The notes below the pieces were generated by a model, which was given only the letters and a program-made list of their open reading frames with translations, made no database searches and had not been told where the DNA came from. A program made the position numbers and the translations under genes. This document shows, piece after piece, positions 11,182 to 20,918 of a stretch of DNA of 64,000 bases; the first letter of the stretch is position 1; every line of letters starts with the position of its first letter. Source of the DNA: Williopsis jadinii (taxonomy: Eukaryota); contig AP024665.1 in NCBI GenBank assembly GCA_024346625.1, forward strand, positions 1,116,001 through 1,180,000. The letters run 5' to 3'.

Positions 11182-11206
11182 ACTACAACTACATCAACTA
11201 CATCAC
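11152..11206. repeat. (CAT)n microsatellite followed by CAACTACAT variants
   Basis: About 9 TCA/CAT units between the GDE1 stop and the POP3 start. Confidence 0.9.
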
Positions 11207-11269
11207 AAGGGGTTACTATGACGCACACGGCTCTCAGTTCGTTAAAACAGGAACTATAACATATACACA

Positions 11270-14200
11270 TCACACTTCTAATACATCGGCGTCTCTTCTA
11301 GCCTCCTTCGTCAGCTCCTTACGTACTGCGAGAACGTTATCAACGATAACAGCATCAACACCGGCCTCCATCTGCATTCTTGCATTCTCTGGATTGTTGT
11401 TGTCTGTTCCATAGGTAAAGCACACCAGCCCTGAGCTCTTCACAACTTGGGCCAGACGTGGACACTTGACAATAGGCTCAGCTGCAGATACGATACCCAG
11501 GAGATTCCATCTCTTACTGAATCTCACGGCACTTTGCAAGGAGTCACAACGAACATCGGCCATAATTGATGTTCCAGCCTCTGTGAGGAACAAGATTGGG
11601 ATCTGCGGTTGTTTGAGCGAAAGCATCAGACAAACCTCGGGATGGAACGATGAAAATATGATATCACGGCCATCTGAATGATCATAAACGGTTTTCAACA
11701 CTGTGTCAATCCAGAAGTTCAAATCAACTGCGGTCTCACCCATATCCTCCACCTGTGCTTCGTACAATATTGGATATTTACACTCAATGTTGAAACCAAC
11801 ATTCTTAGGAATCTTCTTAAAGAGTTCCTTCAATGTGACAAAACTGGATGCGATGGAGCTACCACGAGAATTCCCCTTGAATCCAAGATTCTTGAATGTC
11901 TTGGTCAGCTTCATCTTTTCTCCCGGTGTATGGGCATGGTTCAGCAGAGAGGCTGAGCGAGGTCTCAGCATGAAGTCATCCTTGGTGATCTTCGTAGTTT
12001 CGTTGAAAACATCGTTCAACCCCAGGAACTGTTCCAAAGTCAAGTTGTGCATTGGAATATCAATACCAGACTCTGCGACCAAAAAGTCATGGTATACCAC
12101 TGGAACATGATCTTTGGTTAGCTGAACGTCAAACTCAACATATGATGCACCCAATGAGGCAGCTGCGATAAAACTCTCCACTGTATTCTCTCCCAGTTGT
12201 AAAGACTTTGTAAGTGTGTTCTTACCCAGTCCTCTATGTCCAATGACCCTAGTGGCAACCAAAGACTTCCAGTAAGTTTCAGTACGGTCTAGTCTCATAT
12301 TTGGATGTCTGAATGGAGAAACAATAAGAACTTCAAATGTGATAGTTCCCAAAATGTCCAATGTCTCTGTTTCGATAATCGGAATGGTGACAGCTTTGTT
12401 CAAGGCAGTTCTATTAGGGCCTACTGAGGTATGGATCTTGTCAAGGATTGCCACACCACGACCCAGGATCTGTTTTCCTTGACCACCATAGGTAGGAACA
12501 ATGTCAAAGAGAAGGGTTTCACTGTTTGGATCATGAGGAGTGCTAAAGGTTATCGGCTCAACGTCATCCAAAGGTAAGTCAACAGTTGTTGGTTCACCTC
12601 TTTGGGACTTTGTCGATATTGTTAATGACAACGCTGTGTCCAACTCAGTAGAGGGGACTTTGGAGATCGGCACACGGTCCAAACACACTGCTGAATCTGT
12701 GTTTCTTGAGTCATTAGATCCCAAAGTGATGATAATAAATGATTCATCTTGTAGATATCGATGACCAAAGGATTTCACCGGTGTTGGTAGTTTGTTCTTA
12801 GGTTTGAGAGCCCTATAGATCTCACCAACCTTCTGCTTGTTGTTAGATGTAGACTCTAACGAAGAAGTAGATGAATTTGTTGATCTGTACAACTTCTCTG
12901 GAGATAATGGTTTAAGCATATCTGCAATCTCCAGATGTCCACGGAGGCAAGCGTGTTCCATTGGCGTCCAACCACCTTCGTCATATTTGGAGTAAATGGC
13001 ACCAGAGTTCTTCAACAGTTCGACAATCTCCTTGAGACCTTCAACGGCTGCAACAAACAACGGAGTCCAACCAAAGGAAGCTTCAGGGATTTCAGTTTGT
13101 GCGCCACAGTCCAAGAGGAACTTCACAGAAGTCTGGAAGTTCATTTTTGAAGCAATGTATAAAGGTGTCTCATTGTTGATTTCGTCTGCGTCATTGATAT
13201 TGACATTTTTACACTTCAGCAACGTCTGGAGGATATCCACTGCGTCCAGTCTTGTAGCCAATATAAAGATCTTCGAGTTGGACAAAGTATGCATACAATT
13301 GAAGACCAACACCTCCACAGTCTTTGGGTGTTTACCTAGCACTGCAAGATGCAAAGGAGACAAGTTTTCATAGTCACCCCAATATGATAGATCGTCGATT
13401 GGTACAGCTGGGTCCCATTCATTCCAGGTTTTCAAATAATCAATGATGATAGTGGTGACAACCCTTAATCCGTACTGAGCAGCATAGTGTAAAGGGGTTC
13501 GTTTGTAGTGATCCTTTTGTAGCAAAGCAGGTCTCAAATGAGGAGGCAAAGAGTTCAATATTTGGATCAACGATTTTGGGTCATCGTGTGAATAAATTCC
13601 ATCTGGTCCAAAGGTGTCAAAGAGACGAGTATTAACGTCAGCTGGCGATGCTGGCTTGACATCGGCAAGATGCGACTGTTTAACAACCGTTGGGGACTGT
13701 TCATTGGACTGTTTACCCAAGGCGATGATGTGATGGTGGAAGAAGTTTCTTCCAGAGATATCGCCCGGGTCTGCCAAGGATGGAATGACTGTCAGTATTC
13801 TGTTTATGCATTTAACCGATTGGTTCAATGCCGCTTTGTTTAACAGCGAAATGAGTAACTTCACAGGAACCAACACGATGGAACGGTGATCCACCACCAA
13901 TTGTGAGATCAACAACTCATCATCATCTGCGAGCAGTGCCCTACTGAACTTGTCAGATTGCACGGATGAAGACCTTGTACTGCTACCAGTGGTTTGTTGA
14001 GCCCGTGGAGATATCTGGTTCAAGTAATCGTTGATCAAAGACAGCGATTTGACGATATCGCCCTCATTGGCAAAGGGCAGGGGGTAGACCCTGGAGTTGA
14101 GATAAGGAATCTGCTGACAAGTACCAGTCTTCTTATCCAGTTTCTTCAGGATCTTGACAAAGCCACGCTTGTTCAGCTCACCAAACCACTTCAGGTTTCT

Positions 14201-14572
14201 GAAATTGTAACGTAACTCCACCAACACACCAATGATCTCCTCCAGCTCTTCCTCATCCATATGGTCCGACAAGTTCATCATTATCGACGTTAGCTTCTTC
14301 AGCCGTCTCTCGTACTCCACATACTGCTTGTTGTAGAAATCGTCAACCTGCTCCAAGCTTCTATCCAGCGAGAAGAAGAACGTTGCTAGCGCTGTTCTAA
14401 CCTCTGGAGAATCAAGCTGTCTCTCCTTACCGGCATCCGCCGCCTTTGAATCATCAGACAGCTGTAACAGATGAACCACAAGCTTGATCTGACGCTTCAA
14501 ATCCTTGTAGTTGATATAGTGCTGTGTCCACTGCGGCACCTGGTGCTGGACGATCGTCTTACCGAACTTCAT
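11270..14572 (-). CDS. GDE1: Glycerophosphocholine phosphodiesterase (SPX-ankyrin-GDPD)
   Basis: MKFGK SPX domain, ankyrin repeats (TPLHYAA, TPLFVAA), and a GDPD domain with VIGHRG, ENTVESF and VEFDVQLTKD. Confidence 0.95.
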   Translation of the reverse strand: MKFGKTIVQHQVPQWTQHYINYKDLKRQIKLVVHLLQLSDDSKAADAGKERQLDSPEVRTALATFFFSLDRSLEQVDDFYNKQYVEYERRLKKLTSIMMNLSDHMDEEELEEIIGVLVELRYNFRNLKWFGELNKRGFVKILKKLDKKTGTCQQIPYLNSRVYPLPFANEGDIVKSLSLINDYLNQISPRAQQTTGSSTRSSSVQSDKFSRALLADDDELLISQLVVDHRSIVLVPVKLLISLLNKAALNQSVKCINRILTVIPSLADPGDISGRNFFHHHIIALGKQSNEQSPTVVKQSHLADVKPASPADVNTRLFDTFGPDGIYSHDDPKSLIQILNSLPPHLRPALLQKDHYKRTPLHYAAQYGLRVVTTIIIDYLKTWNEWDPAVPIDDLSYWGDYENLSPLHLAVLGKHPKTVEVLVFNCMHTLSNSKIFILATRLDAVDILQTLLKCKNVNINDADEINNETPLYIASKMNFQTSVKFLLDCGAQTEIPEASFGWTPLFVAAVEGLKEIVELLKNSGAIYSKYDEGGWTPMEHACLRGHLEIADMLKPLSPEKLYRSTNSSTSSLESTSNNKQKVGEIYRALKPKNKLPTPVKSFGHRYLQDESFIIITLGSNDSRNTDSAVCLDRVPISKVPSTELDTALSLTISTKSQRGEPTTVDLPLDDVEPITFSTPHDPNSETLLFDIVPTYGGQGKQILGRGVAILDKIHTSVGPNRTALNKAVTIPIIETETLDILGTITFEVLIVSPFRHPNMRLDRTETYWKSLVATRVIGHRGLGKNTLTKSLQLGENTVESFIAAASLGASYVEFDVQLTKDHVPVVYHDFLVAESGIDIPMHNLTLEQFLGLNDVFNETTKITKDDFMLRPRSASLLNHAHTPGEKMKLTKTFKNLGFKGNSRGSSIASSFVTLKELFKKIPKNVGFNIECKYPILYEAQVEDMGETAVDLNFWIDTVLKTVYDHSDGRDIIFSSFHPEVCLMLSLKQPQIPILFLTEAGTSIMADVRCDSLQSAVRFSKRWNLLGIVSAAEPIVKCPRLAQVVKSSGLVCFTYGTDNNNPENARMQMEAGVDAVIVDNVLAVRKELTKEARRDADVLEV

Positions 14573-14902
14573 AGAGCCGCCGTGGTTGTTTCTAGTGGTC
14601 CTTCTTGGATCCTTTATGCCCTACGTGGATGTCTTGATGATAAACAATGAAACCACGGTAACTGCCGCACTATTCAATGCTCTCTGCTCCCAAGCGACGC
14701 TAAGGATTCACAACGACAAAAGCAGCAGCTTTTTTCCCAAGAGACACCGTCAAAGACCGGAAACAAGGCTGGTTTAAAAGCGAGCCTTCACCACCAATCT
14801 GACCACTTGGGAACGAACAAACACTCAGAGCTCCTCCAATGTTTTGAGGACATCGTGCCGGGCTCTTTATAAACGGACATTTCTGCTTTTTTTTACCGTT
14901 TA

Positions 14903-14908
14903 CACGTG
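14903..14908. promoter_or_regulatory. CACGTG E-box (candidate Pho4 site) upstream of GDE1
   Basis: Single CACGTG about 330 nt upstream of GDE1. GDE1 is a PHO-regulon gene in S. cerevisiae. Confidence 0.4.
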
Positions 14909-15133
14909 CATCAGAACTGCACCAGATAAAATTAGACAGGCAACGTTTCAGGCGCCGCCGCCGCGCGGGAGGTTTCATTGGCTGCTTCGCTGGGGGAGTT
15001 TATATACATTTCGGTACAATTAAGCCGGTGTATACCGAAGCGTGAATTGGTTGTTACGAGTTATACGCAATGCCTTACACTTGATGGTTGTACTAGTGGT
15101 GTTATACTGTCAATTGAGGTGGATAAAGGAAGT

Positions 15134-15988
15134 TTACTTCTTTTCGTCTGCGGTGGCCTGGTCAGAGACCTGTTCAGCGGTCTCTTCAGCGGTCTCTTCA
15201 GTGCCTTGCTTATCACCAGAGATCAACGGGGACAGCGGTGCGCCCTTCTTCAGCTCCGCAAGCCTCTTAGCCTCTTCGTGCACCTCGCGGGCATCGCTGA
15301 CGGCCCTCGTGTAGAAGTCCTTGATCTTTGAGCCCAAGCCGGTGCTCTGTGCCTTCTCAAAGTACTTGTTCACACCGCGGGAGATTCCGTACTTTTCATC
15401 AAACTGCTTCTGTTGCGTTTCAAGCTGCTTCCCCTTCTCCTCCAACTGGTACTTGTTATCCAAGTCCTTGACAAACTTGTTGAACTTTTCAGAGAAGCCA
15501 TTCTTCTTATCGTAGTCCACCGCCTTGGAGATGAGCTGATCACCGAGCACGTACCCGTGGGACAAATACTCTGCAAAGATCGCACTCTTCGGTTTCAGCT
15601 CCTGGGCAATATCGCCGTCTCCTTCTTCATCTTTGGACTCGTGCTCGCCAGCAGCACTTGCGCTGCTCTTTGGCTCTGCGAGCCCCTGTCTCTCCGCAAA
15701 TTCGCCAGCATGGCCACCAGCTTTCGCATCTTCGTGTGGGATGTTGCCGTCGTTGAACTCCCGCACAACAACAGCTTGGCCTTCCAGCTCAGCTCCGTTC
15801 AGCAACAGTGCTGTGGCAACAGCACTTGGGCTGGCAAACTTCACCTGCACACACTGCTCCCCCTCCGCTTTGGACAGTTCGTAAGGCTGGATGCGGTCGA
15901 TCTTCCCACAGAAGGAGAAGAAGTGCTCGATCTTGGACAGAGGAACGGATTCAGGAATGTTACTTGCAAGGATAGACGACATATTCAA
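15134..15988 (-). CDS. RRM-domain protein, vip1-like
   Basis: FFSFCGKI...TALLLNGAEL RRM, followed by QELKPKSAIFAEYLSHGY and DVHEEAKRLA-type motifs typical of fungal Vip1. Confidence 0.8.
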   Translation of the reverse strand: MNMSSILASNIPESVPLSKIEHFFSFCGKIDRIQPYELSKAEGEQCVQVKFASPSAVATALLLNGAELEGQAVVVREFNDGNIPHEDAKAGGHAGEFAERQGLAEPKSSASAAGEHESKDEEGDGDIAQELKPKSAIFAEYLSHGYVLGDQLISKAVDYDKKNGFSEKFNKFVKDLDNKYQLEEKGKQLETQQKQFDEKYGISRGVNKYFEKAQSTGLGSKIKDFYTRAVSDAREVHEEAKRLAELKKGAPLSPLISGDKQGTEETAEETAEQVSDQATADEKK

Positions 15989-16587
15989 ATGTGGTTATTA
16001 GTAGCTAATCGAGTGATTAAGAAAGTGAAGCTGGGCATCAGGGTGTGCCACACGACCTGCTTTTATAGTGCTACGCCTCTTTTTAAAGTTTGCGTCGTGG
16101 TTTCAGTTGCTCTTTCTTCCAATGAGGCGAAACTGGCCCACGGTCCCGCAAGCCTACACGTTTTAAACCAGCAGCCGACCGTCTTGACGGGTTCATCCGT
16201 AGAAAGAGAGGCCGAAATTAACCATTCCGGCCATCTGATGCTGGGAGAGTGTCTAAAGCACCGAAGAACGCCAGCAATAGGTCAATTGAGCCCACCGTGA
16301 TGTTTTCACGGCTCCAGCCTGGTTCTGCCTGTGCGCCTTTGCCTATAGGGAGAACGCTCGTATTTCCTGGCCCCGATTAGGCAGAGAAGAAGAGTGCCGG
16401 GCCCGTCCCCATCGCCATCGCGGCAGCGCTCCGTCTCTCTTTGTCTCTCTGCCCGGCCTGCGTAGCTCAGACACATAAAATGAGGGAAAACAAACAAAAC
16501 ACTCATCAACGCTAACAAGGATCTCTCTATGTCCAGCGCCAGCGGGTCCACTTATACCTGGGAAACAGCTCTGTAAAGACGGAGAAT

Positions 16588-17337
16588 ATGGGGATTCCTA
16601 TTGATTCTGCAATACGAAAGACGAAGAAGAAGAGGGTATGCCGGCTTCGAAGACGAAATGCCATGAGGGCCTCCGATTTCCCTCTTCGGAACCACCCTCT
16701 GTCCAGTGCGATGAGGCCAGACCAGATACAACAGCACAGGCAGCGACAACGTACACGCCACAGCTCAGATTACACGTCAGAGCTGGTCAATAGGCTTGGG
16801 GATGAGTTCTTGGTGAACATACTCGAGTATGGGGATGCTGATGGAGATGGCCGTGAAGACGAGCATACAGTGAGATTTGAAGACACTCCACACGTTGTCA
16901 CAAACATCGACTCCACGAGCGAGGCTGTGATGGAGGGAGATGAGGCTATACGAAGCGCTACAAGCAGACTATCGCAAGCCAGAAGGCTCTTTCTTGATGC
17001 ATTGCACCCGAATAGCGCTGATTTGGATCAAATCGAGGTGAATTATTCAACGCTGAGGGAGCTGGAGGGAAGAGGTGAGGCGAACGAGGAACAACTCTCC
17101 GATGATCTGCCTGAGGATCTGTTGAATGAGTTTCTCTCTCATGGCGTACGATATCTTAGTGGGAGAAGATCTTCAGAGACCCGCCAGTCTCGCCTACGTC
17201 GGCTACGTCGTTTTGGTAGATTACGTGGAACAGCAGAAGAACAAGGCGAAGAGCAAGAGGGAAACAATAGCGAAGCTACAAGGGAATCGAGAAGGGCAAG
17301 ACATAGAGAGGCGTTTCTCATGGAGCAAGGGGAATAG
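16588..17337 (+). CDS. Hypothetical protein (charged, low complexity, NLS-like basic stretches)
   Basis: 249-aa ATG-initiated ORF filling the intergenic space, followed by an AT-rich 3' end. No family recognised. Confidence 0.55.
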   Translation: MGIPIDSAIRKTKKKRVCRLRRRNAMRASDFPLRNHPLSSAMRPDQIQQHRQRQRTRHSSDYTSELVNRLGDEFLVNILEYGDADGDGREDEHTVRFEDTPHVVTNIDSTSEAVMEGDEAIRSATSRLSQARRLFLDALHPNSADLDQIEVNYSTLRELEGRGEANEEQLSDDLPEDLLNEFLSHGVRYLSGRRSSETRQSRLRRLRRFGRLRGTAEEQGEEQEGNNSEATRESRRARHREAFLMEQGE

Positions 17338-17436
17338 TACGTCGTTTGTTATGAAATCATTATTCTAATTATTAAACGTCAAAGCCTTTTCTATGTATAT
17401 AAATAAGATGAAACAAGTCTTTTTTTGAGAGTCTCA

Positions 17437-19845
17437 TCATGAACTCAGCAGTTCAAGTGCCTGTGAACACTGCTTGCTGCCTTTGAACTCTAGCAGATAA
17501 GACACCGGCTCTTGTTTTGTAGCTGTTTCACAAGTAAACTGGATCCCTGATTTACCAAGCCTTTGACACTTTTGATTGAGAACCAAAGCGTTCAACTGAG
17601 TCCCATTTGTACAGGACACCTGGAACTTGGAGTAGCTTGGATCACGAACATGCGAAAGAAGAGAGAATTTACCCATGGAAACTGGAATCCAGTCCCCATC
17701 TTGGTCTTGTTTATGCAATCTCACCTTTTGTGATAGCAATAGCAGTTCATTCTTATCAAAGGTACTGGCATCTTGAGAACCTACTGATAGTGTACTGACA
17801 GACTCTTGCTGATAGAGAGTAGTCTTTGCAGTGGAAGGTGGCTCCAATGATTTGCAGTCCTCAAGAGAACTCATTGACGTTGAAGTGGATGGCTTATCAA
17901 AGATGACACTGGTGCTAGATGCAGCGCTCAGACTCTCGTTACAGCCTCTCATTCTTTGCAATTCATCGACAATTAACGAAACCGTGCGTGAATCAACACA
18001 TCTCAGTGTGTAGATAGTACGACGCTGATCCAAGAATCCCTGATGACATTGTAGCTGGAGATCTCTAGCACTAGATTTGGATAACGAAGCTCCGCTCAAC
18101 GGCACAAGCTTGAAAGGTTCATCAGAACATGGCTGTGTATAAATCGCCAATGAATCGTTATCTGCATGTTTGAAGAACTTCAACTCAGTATTATACCCAT
18201 TCCCAAGTTGTTCCCACTTGCTATTGTGCCATCTAGAAACAATGCAGGAATTGGTGATAGTAGCGAATAGTGTTGAATCTTGTAGTATGCTCTTTTCCAA
18301 CTCGGTGAGTGGATTTTTGGTGGTGGTATTGACTGCAAATGGTGAAGGCAAGCTTGGTTTCTTAGATTCACTGGATAGTGAAAGTTGATTGACAGACCTT
18401 TGAAGTGATGCCATAGATTCCTTTTTTGGTAGAGTCTTTGTCTGGGACTCAACATCAGATAATATCTGACGTTGTGGAGTGATAGGCTCTGTGCAAATTT
18501 CAAATGACGGTTCCTTCTCCTTCTTGCTGAACAGGCCAAAGATTGATTTACGTCTCTTCTTCTTCTCCACTGGCTTTTGTGAAGTCAAGTCAATGGTAGA
18601 TGTGAATGGCTTGGTCTTTTCAGTAGAAGCCTGCCCAAAAGCAGGTAGAGAGACAATTGACTCATTGAGGTTATTACATAGGGAGGATCTTTTCAATACA
18701 GAAGGTTTGACACTAACCTCTGGTGATAAATCAGTCTCAAATGATGCAGAGCTCTCTTCGAAGCTACTGGTTTCAAGATGCGGTGTACCCAAAGATTTCA
18801 ACTGTGGAGTATTGGTCTTCAGTAATGGAGATTTCAGTGGTGGAGCATCTGTGCGCTTGTTGATATTAGTCAGGTCAGCATCCTTGGTAAAGTAAAGATC
18901 CAAGTTCAGTTTTACAGAATTGTCTGAAAGAACTGAAGAACGAATCAATGACTCATGTCGTGATACGATTGGTGTTGATCTACGGAGTTGAGATTGAGAC
19001 TCGAACTTCAATCCAAGACCAACTTTACCGTTCTTCAGAGGTCTAAGCTTCTCGTGGCTTTCGTCAAAAGCCGAGTCTATTGGCAAATGATCAACCAAAT
19101 GGTTCCACTCGTCCATTTGTTCTTCGTCTGGACATTTGAAGGACAAGGTGATTTCATCGGCAGACATAGAAATGCAGTCCAAGTCATTTTGCTTGACAAG
19201 GAAGTCACAGACTTTCAAGGGAGGAAACATCAAGCTTCTTCCAACGCTCAAGACTTTTGTAACGGCAATGGCATTGTTGGCTAGAAGGAACACTTCAACA
19301 AGGACATCGCTTTCAAAAGTTTCCAATGGATGAGTCATGGAGAAATAGAAATAGTCTCTTCGGATTATATCGTCCAATTTGAAGTAGGAAACCGTCTTCC
19401 CTAACGTGTGAATGTCTCTGACGTCGTTGAAACGCAATGTTACCAAGTCAACCTCTTTATTTGTCTCCTCAACACGGTTCATTGCCTGCTGGGCCAGCTT
19501 CTTATACTTTGAATAAAGTGCACCTCCACTAACTCCAAGTGCAGCACAGAGCTTGCTGAGTTGGTTTACTCTGACCATTGGAGCCTTGCGCAATGTCACA
19601 TCGGAGTCTGAAGTTTCAGCGTCGATATGGTAACTTGCAATGTACTGAGCATAGATAGCAATTCCCCTTTCTAACCATTGCACCAATTCCGAGTGCTCTT
19701 GAACTCTGAGGAAAGCCTGGTGATGAGCAACAAGACGACGAATGTGTTGTGGATGAGACAACGCTGTGTATGCCAGTCTTGAGAGGGTCATTCTATAGTC
19801 ACTCTCGGCTTGCTGGAACTCCTCCATAGCGAATGGCATTGTCAT
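17437..19845 (-). CDS. PH-like/RanBD-like domain protein, probably RBH1/RBH2 (YJL181W/YJR030C)-like
   Basis: 802-aa ORF with beta-rich PH-like segments (CIVSRWHNSKWEQL; QKVRLHKQDQDGDWIPVSMG), an MCB-rich promoter, and a position beside SWI3. Confidence 0.55.
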   Translation of the reverse strand: MTMPFAMEEFQQAESDYRMTLSRLAYTALSHPQHIRRLVAHHQAFLRVQEHSELVQWLERGIAIYAQYIASYHIDAETSDSDVTLRKAPMVRVNQLSKLCAALGVSGGALYSKYKKLAQQAMNRVEETNKEVDLVTLRFNDVRDIHTLGKTVSYFKLDDIIRRDYFYFSMTHPLETFESDVLVEVFLLANNAIAVTKVLSVGRSLMFPPLKVCDFLVKQNDLDCISMSADEITLSFKCPDEEQMDEWNHLVDHLPIDSAFDESHEKLRPLKNGKVGLGLKFESQSQLRRSTPIVSRHESLIRSSVLSDNSVKLNLDLYFTKDADLTNINKRTDAPPLKSPLLKTNTPQLKSLGTPHLETSSFEESSASFETDLSPEVSVKPSVLKRSSLCNNLNESIVSLPAFGQASTEKTKPFTSTIDLTSQKPVEKKKRRKSIFGLFSKKEKEPSFEICTEPITPQRQILSDVESQTKTLPKKESMASLQRSVNQLSLSSESKKPSLPSPFAVNTTTKNPLTELEKSILQDSTLFATITNSCIVSRWHNSKWEQLGNGYNTELKFFKHADNDSLAIYTQPCSDEPFKLVPLSGASLSKSSARDLQLQCHQGFLDQRRTIYTLRCVDSRTVSLIVDELQRMRGCNESLSAASSTSVIFDKPSTSTSMSSLEDCKSLEPPSTAKTTLYQQESVSTLSVGSQDASTFDKNELLLLSQKVRLHKQDQDGDWIPVSMGKFSLLSHVRDPSYSKFQVSCTNGTQLNALVLNQKCQRLGKSGIQFTCETATKQEPVSYLLEFKGSKQCSQALELLSS

Positions 19846-20244
19846 GACTTAATAGTACTCTGGCAACCACAACAAATACACACAGTAAGAAGAAAAGAAA
19901 GAAAAGGACAAGGTTGATGTTCGAAAAATGCGTTCTCCAAGTTAACAAAGTCGCCAGAAACGAGCTAAACAGCCATCTGTCTCCTCAACTGCGGAAGTGT
20001 ATTCATGTCCTTGTATCTCTTCCTCATTGGACACCTGTGGTGGAACCCCTTCCAGGCGTAGCCTTACATGGAAGATCGCGTATTCCGTCTCTAGTGCAAC
20101 CTGCGTACCTTTGACTTGACCACACAATATAATCCGTAATGAAACGGTGAGTTAACTCACAGACAATCGCGTTCCATTGCATTATAAAATTTTTGCTGCA
20201 GCTCCCAAAGGTACACGGTTAGCCTGAGTTGCGTGTGTGTCTCT

Positions 20245-20775
20245 ACGCGTACGCGTCTGGTGTATGGATGTAGCTCATGAGTGTAGCTTCGTCCTGGCTG
20301 GTGCTGGGAAGGAGCCCACGACATGGGGCACTTCTTGATTCATAACCACCAAGTTATTCCATTGGATTGTCAATGCTGTTGGTGCTTGTCTGTATTAGAA
20401 GCTAACCGTGTGAGTTTGAGTTATTTGCGAGTCTGGAAACACGAGCCTAACCGATTTAATCCTGCCTAATCACGCGTCATCGCCTTAGAAAAGTGTAACT
20501 GTTAAAGCTTCTACAAATAAAGAGGTTTACATTGAAGAGCACAATGTACTGGCTAAGACTCGAGAACTGGGGGATGAGCCTTGGGAGCCGAGACCTGAAA
20601 CGAAGCATTAGTTTGATCTTCACGATGGCCGTTTCTGGCTGCTAAATGCTTGGGACCCATGGCTGCCTTAGTTGTCAGGCTGCCTTAGTTGTCATCTGGT
20701 GGTGTAGTCGTGGTTACAGTATTTGATGTTGTTCTAAACGCGTACGTTTCTCCCTTTCTTAATCTATTGACGCGT
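20245..20775. promoter_or_regulatory. Cluster of five MCB (ACGCGT) elements
   Basis: ACGCGT at 20245, 20251, 20472, 20738 and 20770. Confidence 0.7.
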
Positions 20776-20918
20776 CAGTTACAACATGTGGACTTCAGAC
20801 ATGTACACATGTAAACCAAAAGATCTTGAATAATACATATGATACAATACAAATGTTGTTTACACAGTGGTATATAATCAACCTTTTAACAATAGGAAAT
20901 ATAATACCAGATGAACTC

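Noticed and set aside
15413..16300. 295-aa plus-strand ORF
   Set aside because: Antisense shadow of the vip1-like gene running into its promoter, with no recognisable protein features.
20661..20694. Exact 17-bp duplication GGCTGCCTTAGTTGTCA x2 as a transposon footprint
   Set aside because: No LTR, TIR or transposase remnant nearby. A simple tandem duplication is sufficient.
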